A DNA stretch of 64,000 bases from Eukaryota sp. GEM-RC1 (Eukaryota): positions 62,001 through 126,000 of the forward strand of contig JAUFOQ010000002.1 in the NCBI GenBank assembly GCA_040285855.1, in the 5' to 3' direction. The translations under genes were made by a program, and so were the position numbers. The notes under the pieces are model-generated. The model searched no databases. It was not told the DNA's origin and saw nothing but the letters and a program-made list of their open reading frames with translations. The stretch's first letter is position 1. Each line of letters opens with the position of its first letter. This document shows positions 15,001 to 26,500 of the stretch, piece after piece.

Positions 15001-18000
15001 AAGATTGAAGCTTGTCAAATTCCATTTGTTGATGACGTTCAATTTGATCAATTTCTAAAGCGCGTTGCTTCTGGACATTTTCAATCTCTTGTTGAAGTTT
15101 CTTATTGAATGCCAATACTTCAGCCTCTTTAGCTTGAACTGCAGCTTGGAGTGAATTATCCTTGACTTGGAGTTGTTCAACAAATGACTTAGTAGTTTCC
15201 AATTCACTTTCCACTTCTTGTAATTTCGCTTCACGCTTAGCAAGTTCTTCAGCAGTGAGGTTTCCTTCTTGTTTAGCCGCTAGTAATTCAGTAGAAAGGT
15301 TCTGTAGTCTGGATCGGAGAGAATCTCGATGAGTTTTAGCACTTTGTAACTCAGTTGTTGCAGCTTCAAGTTGAGTTCGTAATTGGTCAGCTTCAGACTT
15401 ATAAACATTCAACTGATGTTTCGTTTCATCGAGAGCTGTCTGTGCCTTTAACAAAGCATCACTATCCTTCTTCATATGTTCTTCATGCTTTAGTAACTCA
15501 GACTCAAGAACATTAATCTTTTGAACACCTTCAGACTCACGCTGAGTCAATTCATCCAAAGTAGACCTTAATTCAGTAATTTTGCCGGTAAGTGAAGATT
15601 GAAGCTTGTCAAATTCCATTTGTTGATAACGTTCAATTTGATCAATTTCTAACATGCGCTGTTTCTGGACATTTTCAATCTCTTGTTGAAGTTTCTTATT
15701 GAAAGCCAAAACTTCAGCCTCTTTAGCTTGAACTGCAGCTTGGAGTGAATTATCCTTGACTTGGAGTTGTTCAACAAATGACTTGGTAGTTTCCAATTCA
15801 CTTTCCACTTCCTGTAGCTTCGCTTCACGTTTAGCAAGTTCTTCAGCAGTGAGAGTTCCTTTTGCTTCGCGGATTCTAATTCAGTAGAAAGGTTCTGTAG
15901 TCTTGACTGGAGAGAATCTCGATGAGTTTTAGCACTCTGTAACTCAGTTGTTGCAGCTTCAAGTTGAGATCGTAATTGGTCAGCTTCGGACTTATAAACA
16001 TTCAACTGATGTTTGGTTTCATCGAGAGCTGTCTGTGCCTTTAACAAAGCATCACTATCCTTCTTCATATGTTCTTCATGCTTTAGTAACTCAGACTCAA
16101 GAACATTAATCTTTTGAACACCTTCAGACTCACGCTGAGTCAATTCATCCAAAGTAGACCTTAATTCAGTAATTTTGCCTGTAAGTGAAGATTGAAGCTT
16201 GTCAAATTCCATTTGCTGATGACGTTCAATTTGATCAATTTCTAACATGCGCTGTTTCTGGACATTTTCAATCTCTTGTTGAAGTTTCTTATTGAAAGCC
16301 AAAACTTCAGCCTCTTTAGCTTGAACTGCAGCTTGGAGTGAATTATCCTTGACTTGGAGTTGTTCAACAAATGACTTGGTAGTTTCCAATTCACTTTCCA
16401 CTTCCTGTAGCTTCGCTTCACGTTTAGCAAGTTCTTCAGCAGTGAGAGTTCCTTTTTGCTTCGCGGATTCTAATTCAGTAGAAAGGTTCTGTAGTCTTGA
16501 CTGGAGAGAATCTCGATGAGTTTTAGCACTCTGTAACTCAGTTGTTGCAGCTTCAAGTTGAGATCGTAATTGGTCAGCTTCGGACTTATAAACATTCAAC
16601 TGATGTTTGGTTTCATCGAGAGCTGTCTGTGCCTTTAACAAAGCATCACTATCCTTCTTCATATGTTCTTCATGCTTTAGTAACTCAGACTCAAGAACAT
16701 TAACCTTTTGAACACCTTCAGACTCACGCTGAGTCAATTCATCCAAAGTAGACCTTAATTCAGTAATTTTGCCTGTAAGTGAAGATTGAAGCTTGTCAAA
16801 TTCCATTTGCTGATGACGTTCAATTTGATCAATTTCTATAGCGCGTTGCTTTTGGACATTTTCAATCTCTTGTTGAAGTTTCTTATTGAATGCCAATACT
16901 TCAGCCTCTTTAGCTTGAACTGCAGCTTGGAGTGAATTATCCTTGACTTGGAGCTGTTCAACAAATGACTTGGCAGTTTCCAATTCACTTTCCACTTCTT
17001 GTAATTTCGCTTCACGCTTAGCAAGTTCTTCAGCAGTGAGAGTTCCTTTTGCTTCGCGGATTCTAATTCAGTAGAAAGGTTATGTAGTCTTGACTGGAGA
17101 GAATCTCGATGAGTTTTAGCACTGTGTAACTCAGTTCTTGCAGCTTCCAGTTGAGATCGTAATTGGTCAGCTTCGGACTTATAAACATTCAACTGTTGTT
17201 TCGTTTCATCGAGAGCTGTCTGTGCCTTTAACAAAGCATCACTATCCTTCTTCATATGTTCTTCATGCTTTAGTAACTCAGACTCAATAACATTAATCTT
17301 TTCAACACCTTCAGACTCACGCTGAGTCAATTCATCCAAAGTAGACCTTAATTCACGAATTTGATCTTCATACTTCGATTCAATCGCATCAATTTCGGAA
17401 TGTAACTTATTCTCCAACTTTTGAAGCTGAAACTCTATGACATCAATTGAAAATCCTTCATCAGAAGTCTTTGGTATATCAGGATCGTTATAACCCGATT
17501 CAAAACACTTAGAAATGACCTCAAGCGCACCAGTGGCATATTGAACGACAGTTACATCGTCATGGTGAGTAAGCATCTCAATACTAGTAAGCCCCCATAT
17601 TCCTTGATCATTCTAGCATTCTCTGAAAGAACACCTAGGTGGGTTAGAGTAGCAAGAGAGTAGCAAGTCAATTCAACGTCAGCAGAGGAAAGAGTGTCAC
17701 ACGCGAGTTCTAAAACCCCACACGTGGAGATTCTGTCGAGGTTACTTAAGGATGAGCTGAAATTACAAAGAGCTCGAAATGCGAACTTAGTCGTGTCTTC
17801 TGCATCGTCATCAAAAGGGTCTGGTTGCGTGATCAATTTGACCACAGCTTCAACTCCGTCACACATCCGAATTAATTCTTCATTAAGAGGATCAGTGGAG
17901 ATATTGATAAGTGCAGCAAGAGCAGTACGGACAATAGCAAAGTCTGAGTGGTCCAAGGCGTGGACAATCTTAGGTATACCTCCTAGGCTTCCAATGACGG

Positions 18001-18617
18001 ATTTGTTGCGAGAATTCAGGGAGAGGTTACAGAGAGTTCGAAGAGCGTCGTGGAGAACAATAGGGTCGTTGATGTAAAGGCAGCGGATGATAGGAACTAG
18101 GCCATCAAGTTCACGGATGGAGTCCTTGCTGTTGTCGTCTATAGCTATGTTACAAAGGGCACGGAGGCAGAGTTGGACAATGTCGAGAGTAGCGAGGTCA
18201 ATGTGTGAAGAGAGTACCTCCAGTAGAACAGATATACCGTTAGCATCACGAAAAAGGCGAGAAAGTTCATCGTCGAAAGAGAAGGCGCATATACAGCGAA
18301 GAGAGAGACGTATACACTCGACATCGTCAGTGTCTTCCAAAATATCAAGAAGACACGTAAGTACGTCAGTACTGTTAGAGTAAAAGAGGGGTAAGTTCGT
18401 TTGGGACAGTTTTGAGAAGATCCAAAGACAATCACGTAGAATAGTCACGTCGGAGGAGTCCATTAGTGTTAGTAAGGAATCTACAGAACAACCAAGCTGA
18501 AAGTCTATCTGTTGATCATCTAGATTGAGACCAACAAAGTAACAATACCATTTAGCAATAGAGATCCAATCTCTAGTGGTAGTAGAGTGGAGAACCCTGA
18601 TGGTCTAAAGTATCCAT
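1..18617 (-). CDS. Giant armadillo-repeat + coiled-coil protein (>6,000 aa; 3' end beyond window start; reconstructed across single-base frameshifts)
   Basis: ORF 17552-18463 has ARM repeats (e.g. ALRTLCNLSLNSRNKSVIGSLGGIPKIV, ALAALINISTDPLNEELIRMCDGVEAVV). It overlaps ORF 16836-17576, which leads into the 198-aa repeats (ORFs 15649-16995, 5552-15808, 5103-5711, 3178-5118, 2621-3337, 2028-2732). The frame appears to stay open from ~2130 to position 1. The frame extends upstream of 18463 to a probable 29-nt intron (18520-18548). The exact start (ATG at 18617?) is uncertain. Confidence 0.8.
650..17350 (-). repeat. Coding tandem repeat, 594-bp unit (198 aa), ~28 copies
   Basis: The marker tagtttccaattca (ESELETT) recurs at ~941, 1535, 2129 ... 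16380, 16974 (28 occurrences, 593-594 bp spacing). Central copies (~9900-13200) look essentially identical. Confidence 0.97.
18520..18548 (-). other. Probable 29-nt spliceosomal intron in the ARM/coiled-coil gene
   Basis: Minus strand GTATTGTTACTTTGTTGGTCTCAATCTAG. Its removal removes an in-frame TAG and joins ...EIGSLLLN-DDQQIDFQLG.... Confidence 0.6.
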
Positions 18618-19804
18618 AAGGGTGAGTTTCCAACAAAGGTTTTGCAGAGTTATGAGTTTCAGAAATGAGTTTTTGGCGGTGTCAAACACGCTTTGTTGAG
18701 AACGGCTATGACAGAATTTGAATTTGGAATTTCAGATTTCTTATACTACATGTAGTGTGATAGAATTTGAATTTCGAATATGAACTTTAAGGATCAACAT
18801 AAAATCATCTTTATAGATAAAAAAAGAGCAATGTATATTATGTGTGAAACATCGTGTTAGTTATATTGTGATCAAGTCAACTCACAGAAGTTGTACATAA
18901 AAGGTAATCTCTTGAAATCATAAAATAGGTAACAGAGGTGAGTTACGCACTTATCAATGGAAGACAAAGCAATGCTACGAGTGCGCTTGATAATAACAGG
19001 CGTTGTATACGTGATCATGTGGCAAACGAGATAAGGTGGCTTTATTTGCTGCTGGGATGCAAATAATCCAGCTGTTGCATATGATTCGATAACGAAAGAG
19101 TGTCTCGATTTGACCATACATCAAAGACGCTTACAGCAAGCTCCAAGTCATTAGAGATAAGTTCAACAAGTTTGTGTTTAAAAGGAGGTCATTGACTGTT
19201 CTACACCAATGAGAACACTCAAGGAGATTTTTTGTCTAAAGATTCCCATGAAGGTCATTTAGTACAAAAGAAGAAAGTCTCTTTCAAATGAGGTCAAACA
19301 AGTCAATATTGACAAGTTTTCTGTCGACTGCTGATGTATCATCATCTACAGAAGAAGTTGTTGCGGAAGGAGTAACATGTAGAATGTTCAGAGCCATTGC
19401 TATTAGTATGTACATTGTACATTGTAGTTGTCATACGTATAAGAAAAAAGTTGGCCATTTTGTCACACCTACTCGCTTTGTTTGATTGAAATGAATTTCA
19501 TTCACACAAAACTTTTTGTTCAAGATTCTTACTTGATTGTTGTCTTGCGATCAAAACATACAGCTTATCTTATCTTATTAAATAGATGATGTAAGCAGTA
19601 GTGCTGTAAGTGAATTGTGTCATGTTCCATGTATCTGTTGAATTTTAAGAGATGTTGATTTTAGATACAAAACTGTTTGACCTATTACTAGAATAAAGTA
19701 TGTAAATTTTGAACATCAAAGAATTCTTGTTAAAATTATTCAAAATTAGTAAGAACGTACTTCCGCCATCAAACAAGTAAATATTTTAAAAGAACAGAGA
19801 AAAC

Positions 19805-22800
19805 TTTATTCGGCACCCAATAAGGTAACCTTCCTACAAAACTATGAAATTGTAAAAACAAACAAATAATACAGTACTAAAATTAAATCCAAACGACTTC
19901 ATCACCACCCGGTAAAAGATTACGTTTTTCAACATTAACCTTCACACCAAACTTGTACAATTTCTCAATTAATCGAGAGAAATAGAAAAGCATATTCCTA
20001 TATATGGAAAACACTATACGGTTTTTCCATTCAGCCATTCTAAACTTACGCTTCTTTTCTTTACACAGTTCTTCGAAATCCTTGAAAAATTGATCAGCAG
20101 GACTAATCGATCCAAAAAGAGAAACAGCAAAAATTTGAAACACAAATTTGGAATATGAGTTTCTATTTAATTCTTCCACTTGAGAGTCATACTTGGAGTG
20201 TTTGAGCTTTTCAGCAGCTGTTAACGGATTAAAAGAAGAATCTAATATCCTACTAACACAAGATTTGTTACAAACATCTACTGTAGTAAAATTCATTAAT
20301 GATTGACTCGATTTAAGCCACGGAGTAGGGATGGCAGAACAACCAATGGTTCTGGTTAAACCAATGGATTGGATTGGTTTGGATCTAACTGCAAAAACCA
20401 GGACCATACCAGAACCAAACCAGAACCATGAGGACTTCAGCATATATTTTACTTACATAACATTCTAAAAGTACCTACGAACAAAAGTATTTGAAACCTC
20501 ATTTTTATTAACGTTAATATATGTATACTAAAGTAGTTATTAACGCTTTTACGATAGATCAACTATCATCTAATGTTCTTTTTGAGACAAGATCGCAGAG
20601 TCATCAAGGCTTGTACACTATCATAGCTTAATCGATTACGTAATTTGGTCACATTACATCCCGCCAAAGAAAATAGTTGTTCGCAAGGGAGAGATGTGGC
20701 TTGAATTGCAAGAAAGTGCCTTGCAATTTTGGAAAGCCCATGGAAAACGATTTCTAGATGAGCACCACCACTCCAATGGATCTTTGTCCGGTACGAGTAT
20801 TTCTTCCGCAAGATAGCTTGTAGTTTCGGGAGATTTTTTAATTTTTAATTTTAGGGAGACATACAGAGCATCTTGCCTTGCTACCAATAATCGAGAAGTA
20901 GTTCCCGATATACTTCGTTGGAGAAGTTGGAGGAGCTTCAGATTGGGGTTCAGGACGGAGTTCAGCTTCAGGTTGAGATTGAGGTTCCTCTCCCGAAAGA
21001 TATTGTATATCAGACATGTATGAAAAAATGTGTATTGTATTATTCCAAGTAAACCCAAAACTATTGATACAAATAAATCGAACCATATGGTTCGTGGTTC
21101 TGGTTTGGATCAGACGTACATGGTTCTAGTTTGGTGTGGTTTAGACGTGTGTGGTTCTGGGTTGGTTTGGTTCAAATTTTGAGAACCAAAACCAAACCAA
21201 ACCAATCCATTACCATCCCTTTCACGGAGTATGGAGATCCCCTCTTTTTTGATCAGTGAATTCATTATCTGAAAGATGATTCAAAACTGGTTCAACTTTA
21301 GAGTGAAAACCATGTGCATATTAAAACATGGAATAACAAGAATCACGTACACCATCATGAATTACTGCACGTAGATGAATAAAATAACGACAATTAATTA
21401 AATGACGAAAAACACCATTAGCTCCACAAGAGCAAGTTGAATAGTTTAATAAATTTGCAGGCCAAATAGCCAAACGAAGCCGCATATTGATCATCCAAGC
21501 TTCATCAGATAGATGTAATCCATACACCTTTGGAATTTGAGAAATAAATTCAGAAGGTCCACTATTACAAAGGTCAATTAAAAAAGCAGCGAACTCGGGA
21601 CTATTAGTTTTAGCCATGCTAATACGATTATTAAAGTCCAAGAGTTCAAACTCCTTGTCAATTTATTTTGCAGCTTACATACAGCAGACGGTAGAGATGA
21701 AATATTTTTTGAGGAGTCTCCTTCAAATGAGCAGGGAACAAACATTCCCACATTTCAGGAGACAAAGACGATACCAAATCTTTAGCAGATTGAATCCAAC
21801 GGCAATTACTGGAATTCAACAGATTGATTCCATTCAAAGGAAACCGTTTCAAAAATTCAAACATAACATTCTTAACACCTCCTAAAAGAGCAGATTTTTT
21901 AATGATTTTTGCATGGGTGAAACCTACTCCTGCGAATTCAGAAGAATAAAAAGCATGAAATGGAATCTTAGACTCATCAATTTCAGCCAAGTTAGAGGGA
22001 AAATTTGTTCTAATAGAATTAAATTTCTTGGCAAATGTTTCAGAAAGGGAATAGTCTAATGAACGTAGAAAATGATTAATTTTCCCGGAAAAACAGACCT
22101 GAAGCATAGCAAAAGAAACATGTTGACTCACATCTAAAGATAATATTTGATTTAGTTCTTCTTCAATGGTAGTTAATGAACCCTCCAATTCTGAATGAAT
22201 TTTCTCATAATTTCCCAAAAATGTGCCAAGGAAACGAAAACATTGAGTAGAATAATCGATGATAGGAATACTACAAAAACCAAGATTAGAAACATTCGAA
22301 GACTTAACAACAAGAAAACACATATCAAAATTAATTGTTAAACCAATACTCAAAGAAAGTTCAATGAAACGTGAAAAACACTTTTTGAGAACGTCAACTA
22401 GAGCGATCAGCGAAGAATCATCAGCATAAGCACAAATTTGAACAGTTGGAAATTCTAATTGTAAGATTTTAAATAATTATTGCAGAGCGAGACAAAACAA
22501 AAAAGGACCCAAAGGATCACCTTGCTTAACCCTTCTAGTTGATTTAATATCAAACTTGTCAAAAATTAAATTCGACGCATTACCATAAAAAAGATTAAAA
22601 TAAGGAATCAACTGAGGAAAAAATTCAGAAAGTTCGTCAGATATAGTTGATCTTAAAACAAAATTTAATGCACTTTTAAAATCAATGTTCAAAATGGCAT
22701 TTTCCTCATTTGAATGAAAAAGAAAATCAGAGGTTAAAGCAGCACACGTAGTACCATCAGGAACTCCAACTGCAAATTGAAACGGTCTAAAGAATTCAAC

Positions 22801-22850
22801 AGAAGAATCTCTGACTCTCCTAAAACAAAAAAAGAACATGTAATACAGAA
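19805..22850 (-). mobile_element. Decayed, 5'-truncated non-LTR retrotransposon (RT + Cys/His knuckle + restriction-like endonuclease; CRE/SLACS-like), interrupted by a hAT element
   Basis: RT motifs FQFAVGVPDG, NIDFKSALN, STRRVKQGDPLGPFLFCLAL and QICAYADDS (~22410-22440). Then INMRLRL...CSCG...HLINC...IHDGVRD and an RLE-like tail (VEPVL...TTVDVC...AEKLKHSKY). Multiple stops and frameshifts. The 3' end CCGAATAAA is shared with two other copies. Confidence 0.88.
20326..21221 (-). mobile_element. Non-autonomous, internally deleted hAT (Ac/Ds-like) DNA transposon, ~896 bp
   Basis: TIRs TAGGGATGGCA (20326-) and AAGGGATGGTA (reverse complement ending 21221). 8-bp TSD ccacggag (20318-20325) / tcacggag (21222-21229). 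Subterminal AACC(A) repeats at both ends. BED-finger remnant (YFSIIGSKARCSVC) and hAT C-terminal dimerisation remnant (DPLEWW...LSKIARHFLAIQATSLPCEQLFSLAG...RNRL). Confidence 0.92.
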
Positions 22851-23543
22851 TCGCATTGCGGAAGGACAATTTACTGGATTTGGACTTAAATAGTATTATC
22901 AACACTGTAGTATATTGTAATGCTTCTGATAATCTGTATCGTCAAAGACAAATTGCGTGATTCAAAATATTCAACTACCTGAATTTGATAATCTCTTCCA
23001 AGAGAAAATATACCGAATTCGTCATACCTTTGGATAGAGAACACAATTATGTTTTTCCAAAATTTAAGATTGAAAGTCCTACTGGTAGATGTTTTTTGTT
23101 TAACAATTGTCACAACGTTCTCAAGTAATGATGTTGCAGATTCACCTAGAGAACCAGTATTAATATTGATGGTATTGTTCATTTGTAATTGTAATTAAAG
23201 GCGTAATTGTAAATAACGCTAGTATATGTGTCTTCCTTGTTAAGATGCAGTTGTCCTTTTTTGTAATTCCAAATAAGAAAACAGAATCTTCAAAAACATG
23301 ATATCACTGTGGTGTAATGCTACTAATTCGATAACTAAGAGACCAAAGGACCACTAGCCAATCGGTAGAGTCTACGTCAGATATCGAAGAGAATTCGATG
23401 GTGCTATAAATTGAGCACTCGTGGGGTTCAGGAATGCTAAACTGTAAAATGCTATAATCGGGAGTTGAACATCAATGATGAGTTTGAGTAGGTGATGAAA
23501 ATAAGATCAATAAGCCATTTTTACACCCTTAGTGTTCCTTCTG

Positions 23544-26500
23544 ATGCACACATCACAGCTCTTTGTGTTGATATTGCTTTTTGCCTTCTTCAATCTGCGT
23601 CCTCTTTCATTTGGTGGTGTCGATGTGATACATATTATCGTTCTTGGACCAACAATCATTGGAACTTTCGTCGCTGGTCTTCCTGTGGTAGTACCGGAGG
23701 GTTTCCCAGAGCTGGTGTATGATGTTGTCTTTTCTATTCATTTCAGACTATTGTCCGTCTCCGATGTAGAGGCTGCCCCAGTGGTCGCACATTTTGCTAT
23801 TCTCAGATGACTCGTAGTGCTTCTGTCCGACAAGTTCGCCATTATAATGGTCATCAGGTACGAATGCGTGGCTACCACCTCAGTCCTTATAACTATTACC
23901 GCATCTACAATGCTAATGCTAAGGTGGAAGGTCCTGGTAGGATTAATACTCCCATCTTCTATTTTGACTCAGGTACTGTTGAGAATGTCCACATCACAGT
24001 CACTGGTAGCTTTCGATTCAGGTCTGCGGGGGCAAAAGTCATGAACAACGTCCGCGTTACTCTCCAAGGATCTGCTTACTTATCTATCGAAAACGCTGTT
24101 GGGAACTCTATCCAGTCTGGACAAGGCACCCGCTTCCAACTTACTAACGGTGACTTCCGTCTCCCATCTGCTAACTGTATCTTCAGACACACTAGTGGTG
24201 ACATAACTACGATATCTCTTGCTACAGGAAACGTGAACAAACCCAATCATGCTAGCTCCATCACACTTCACTCTGAAATCTCTCTCCACGGATCTGTCTT
24301 TGTTCCTTCTGGATCTCTCCATATCGTTGGTGCTGTCAACTCTCATAAACGTGATAATGCTGTAGCCGAATGGGTTGTTGGAAGTAAAGTTGAAGTAACT
24401 CTCTCTGGTCTTGGTTCTAGATTTGGTGCTGGAGTCGAATGGGTTGTCCATCCTACTTACAATGTTCCTGATATGTCCGTATTTACCTTCGCTGGAGGTA
24501 CTTTCATCTTTGAATCTGGCTTCGTTTGGGATGAATCTCGAACCTGGGTAAACTGGGGAGGAGGAGCTTGGATTGAGTTCCAAGAGCAAGGTCGTAACTA
24601 CACCTTCTTTCCAAACATGGAGTTCGATGCTACTCTAAGACTGGCTCCTACTGCTGCTAAAGCAGGAAACCCAGTATCTGTCGTTTTAAGTGGAGTTACT
24701 ACTGTTCACTCTGGAGGTATTCAAGTTGGAGGTTACGGTGTTGATCTATCAGAGCTCTATCTCTTTGGAGGTAATACTTCATTTGAAAGAGATGCAACGG
24801 TTCCAATGATTCTGTATATGGATGGAGGACTTATGGGTGGATGTGGTAATATTACTACTGAAGATCAACTTATCATTAAAAGTGGAGGATTCTTTGGTTG
24901 TAATGACTCTATTGTTGATGATCACACTACCAATCCCTGGCTTCATCCTCTTAATATCTTTGATGGAATTCAGTTCCAAGATCCAGGTCCTCATCATTTG
25001 ATTGGAAGAAACATCATCGCCTCACAAGTTCCTTTTATTTGGAATGGTACAGACTTCTTCTGTGGTGGTACTAGTCATGTTGAGATTGGTCCTTTGACTT
25101 CCTTTGACTTAGTTCACAATGGCTCAATGAATATGTGGAGAGTCCCTGGAGGTCGTTGTATTATTGATATTCCTGCAAATGCTGACATTGTTAAACATAA
25201 CCCTGGCGATTTGCTTTTATCTGCTCGGTTATTACTTAAAGGTGAACTTGATGTTTCAGATAACCTTGCCCTTCACGGTGGTGGTGAAATCACTGGTAAG
25301 CTAGGTGTTTGTCCTGACTGTGGTATTGAGTTTGGTGGTGAACCTGACGCTGTCCTCCATATTCGCCCTGAAGCTGATTACTGGCCTTATCTTTTCACTA
25401 GAACTGTGGGAGGAGTTTCCTTTGTACACGTTACTTCAAATCCTCCTGTGATTGGTCACGTCATTGATGTCGTTAGTGGAAACTTGACTTATTATCCTCA
25501 GTTGATTTCCGATTCCGTACATGTTGGTGGAGTGTTTGATATGATGAACCATTTAACTACTGACCATCTTAATTTAACAGGAGGTCACTTCAGAGCTAGA
25601 GAAGATGTTGTTATGAGCGGCAATGTTGACGTTTCGGGAGGTAATCACTTGATTGATCTTGGTTTTGATCTACCTTATAATATCAGCTTCACTGCCGGAG
25701 TTGTCACCTTCCAACAAAATCGGACTCTTCCACATGTTACTCTTTCTGGTTCTGGTGAGCTCTACTTCCAATCTCGTTCATCTATTGATTTTCTTTCATT
25801 TGGTGATGTCTCTATACTTGGTAGTCCTACCACCATTGACGTCTTCCTTCCTGTGATTTGGTCTGGAGGTACCATCATTGGTACTGGTGATCATTCATCT
25901 ACTCTTACATTCCATTCCTCAGTTGACATTGTAAATCACAACAGAGCAAAGTATGTCATCTCCAAGGACGTTGTATTCCTATCTGATTCTACTTGGACTC
26001 AAGGTCAGTTTTACTGTTGGGGTCAAGGAAATATACTTATTCCTCAAAATGTTACATTTACTGATGATAATTCCGTTGGTACCAAGAGAATGTATTATGG
26101 TCCTGGTTTTAGCTCACCTCCGTGTCTTGGCTGTGATCCTTGGGCTGGAACTCAGTATGAAGGTCAATGTATAGTTGATCTAAAGGGAACATGGAAAACC
26201 ACAGGTGGTCAAATGACTCGTACTTTTGTCCAATTTAATGTTTCTGAAACAGGTTCAGTTTTAGTACAGAACAATGTAAGATTCTTCGTGTCCGGAGGCC
26301 TTTACTCTTATGGTTACTTTGGAATGGATTCTGGAAGTAGATTTGGTATTGAAGATGACTATGTGTTCTTCTACCCTGGTTCTCTCTACAATAACTCTGG
26401 AGAGCTTCTTGTCGTGGGAGGTTCTACTAACTTGGCCGAACATACTTATGGTTCTTTCTTTGTTGATACTTTTGAGTTTGAAATTAGAAATGTCTCCGTT

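Noticed and set aside
3771..16430. Repeated 62-aa ORFs (MLNVKRNY...) every 594 bp
   Set aside because: Alternate-frame shadows of the coding repeat, starting at non-ATG codons.
650..17350. Array as CRISPR or non-coding satellite
   Set aside because: No unique spacers; unit length is a multiple of 3 with an open frame and many synonymous differences.
19883..20443. 186-aa ORF as a host gene
   Set aside because: It is a chimera of the hAT end and the retrotransposon C-terminus.
22886..23182. 98-aa ORF upstream of the RT as a retro ORF1
   Set aside because: No recognisable motif; the RT itself appears 5'-truncated near 22850.
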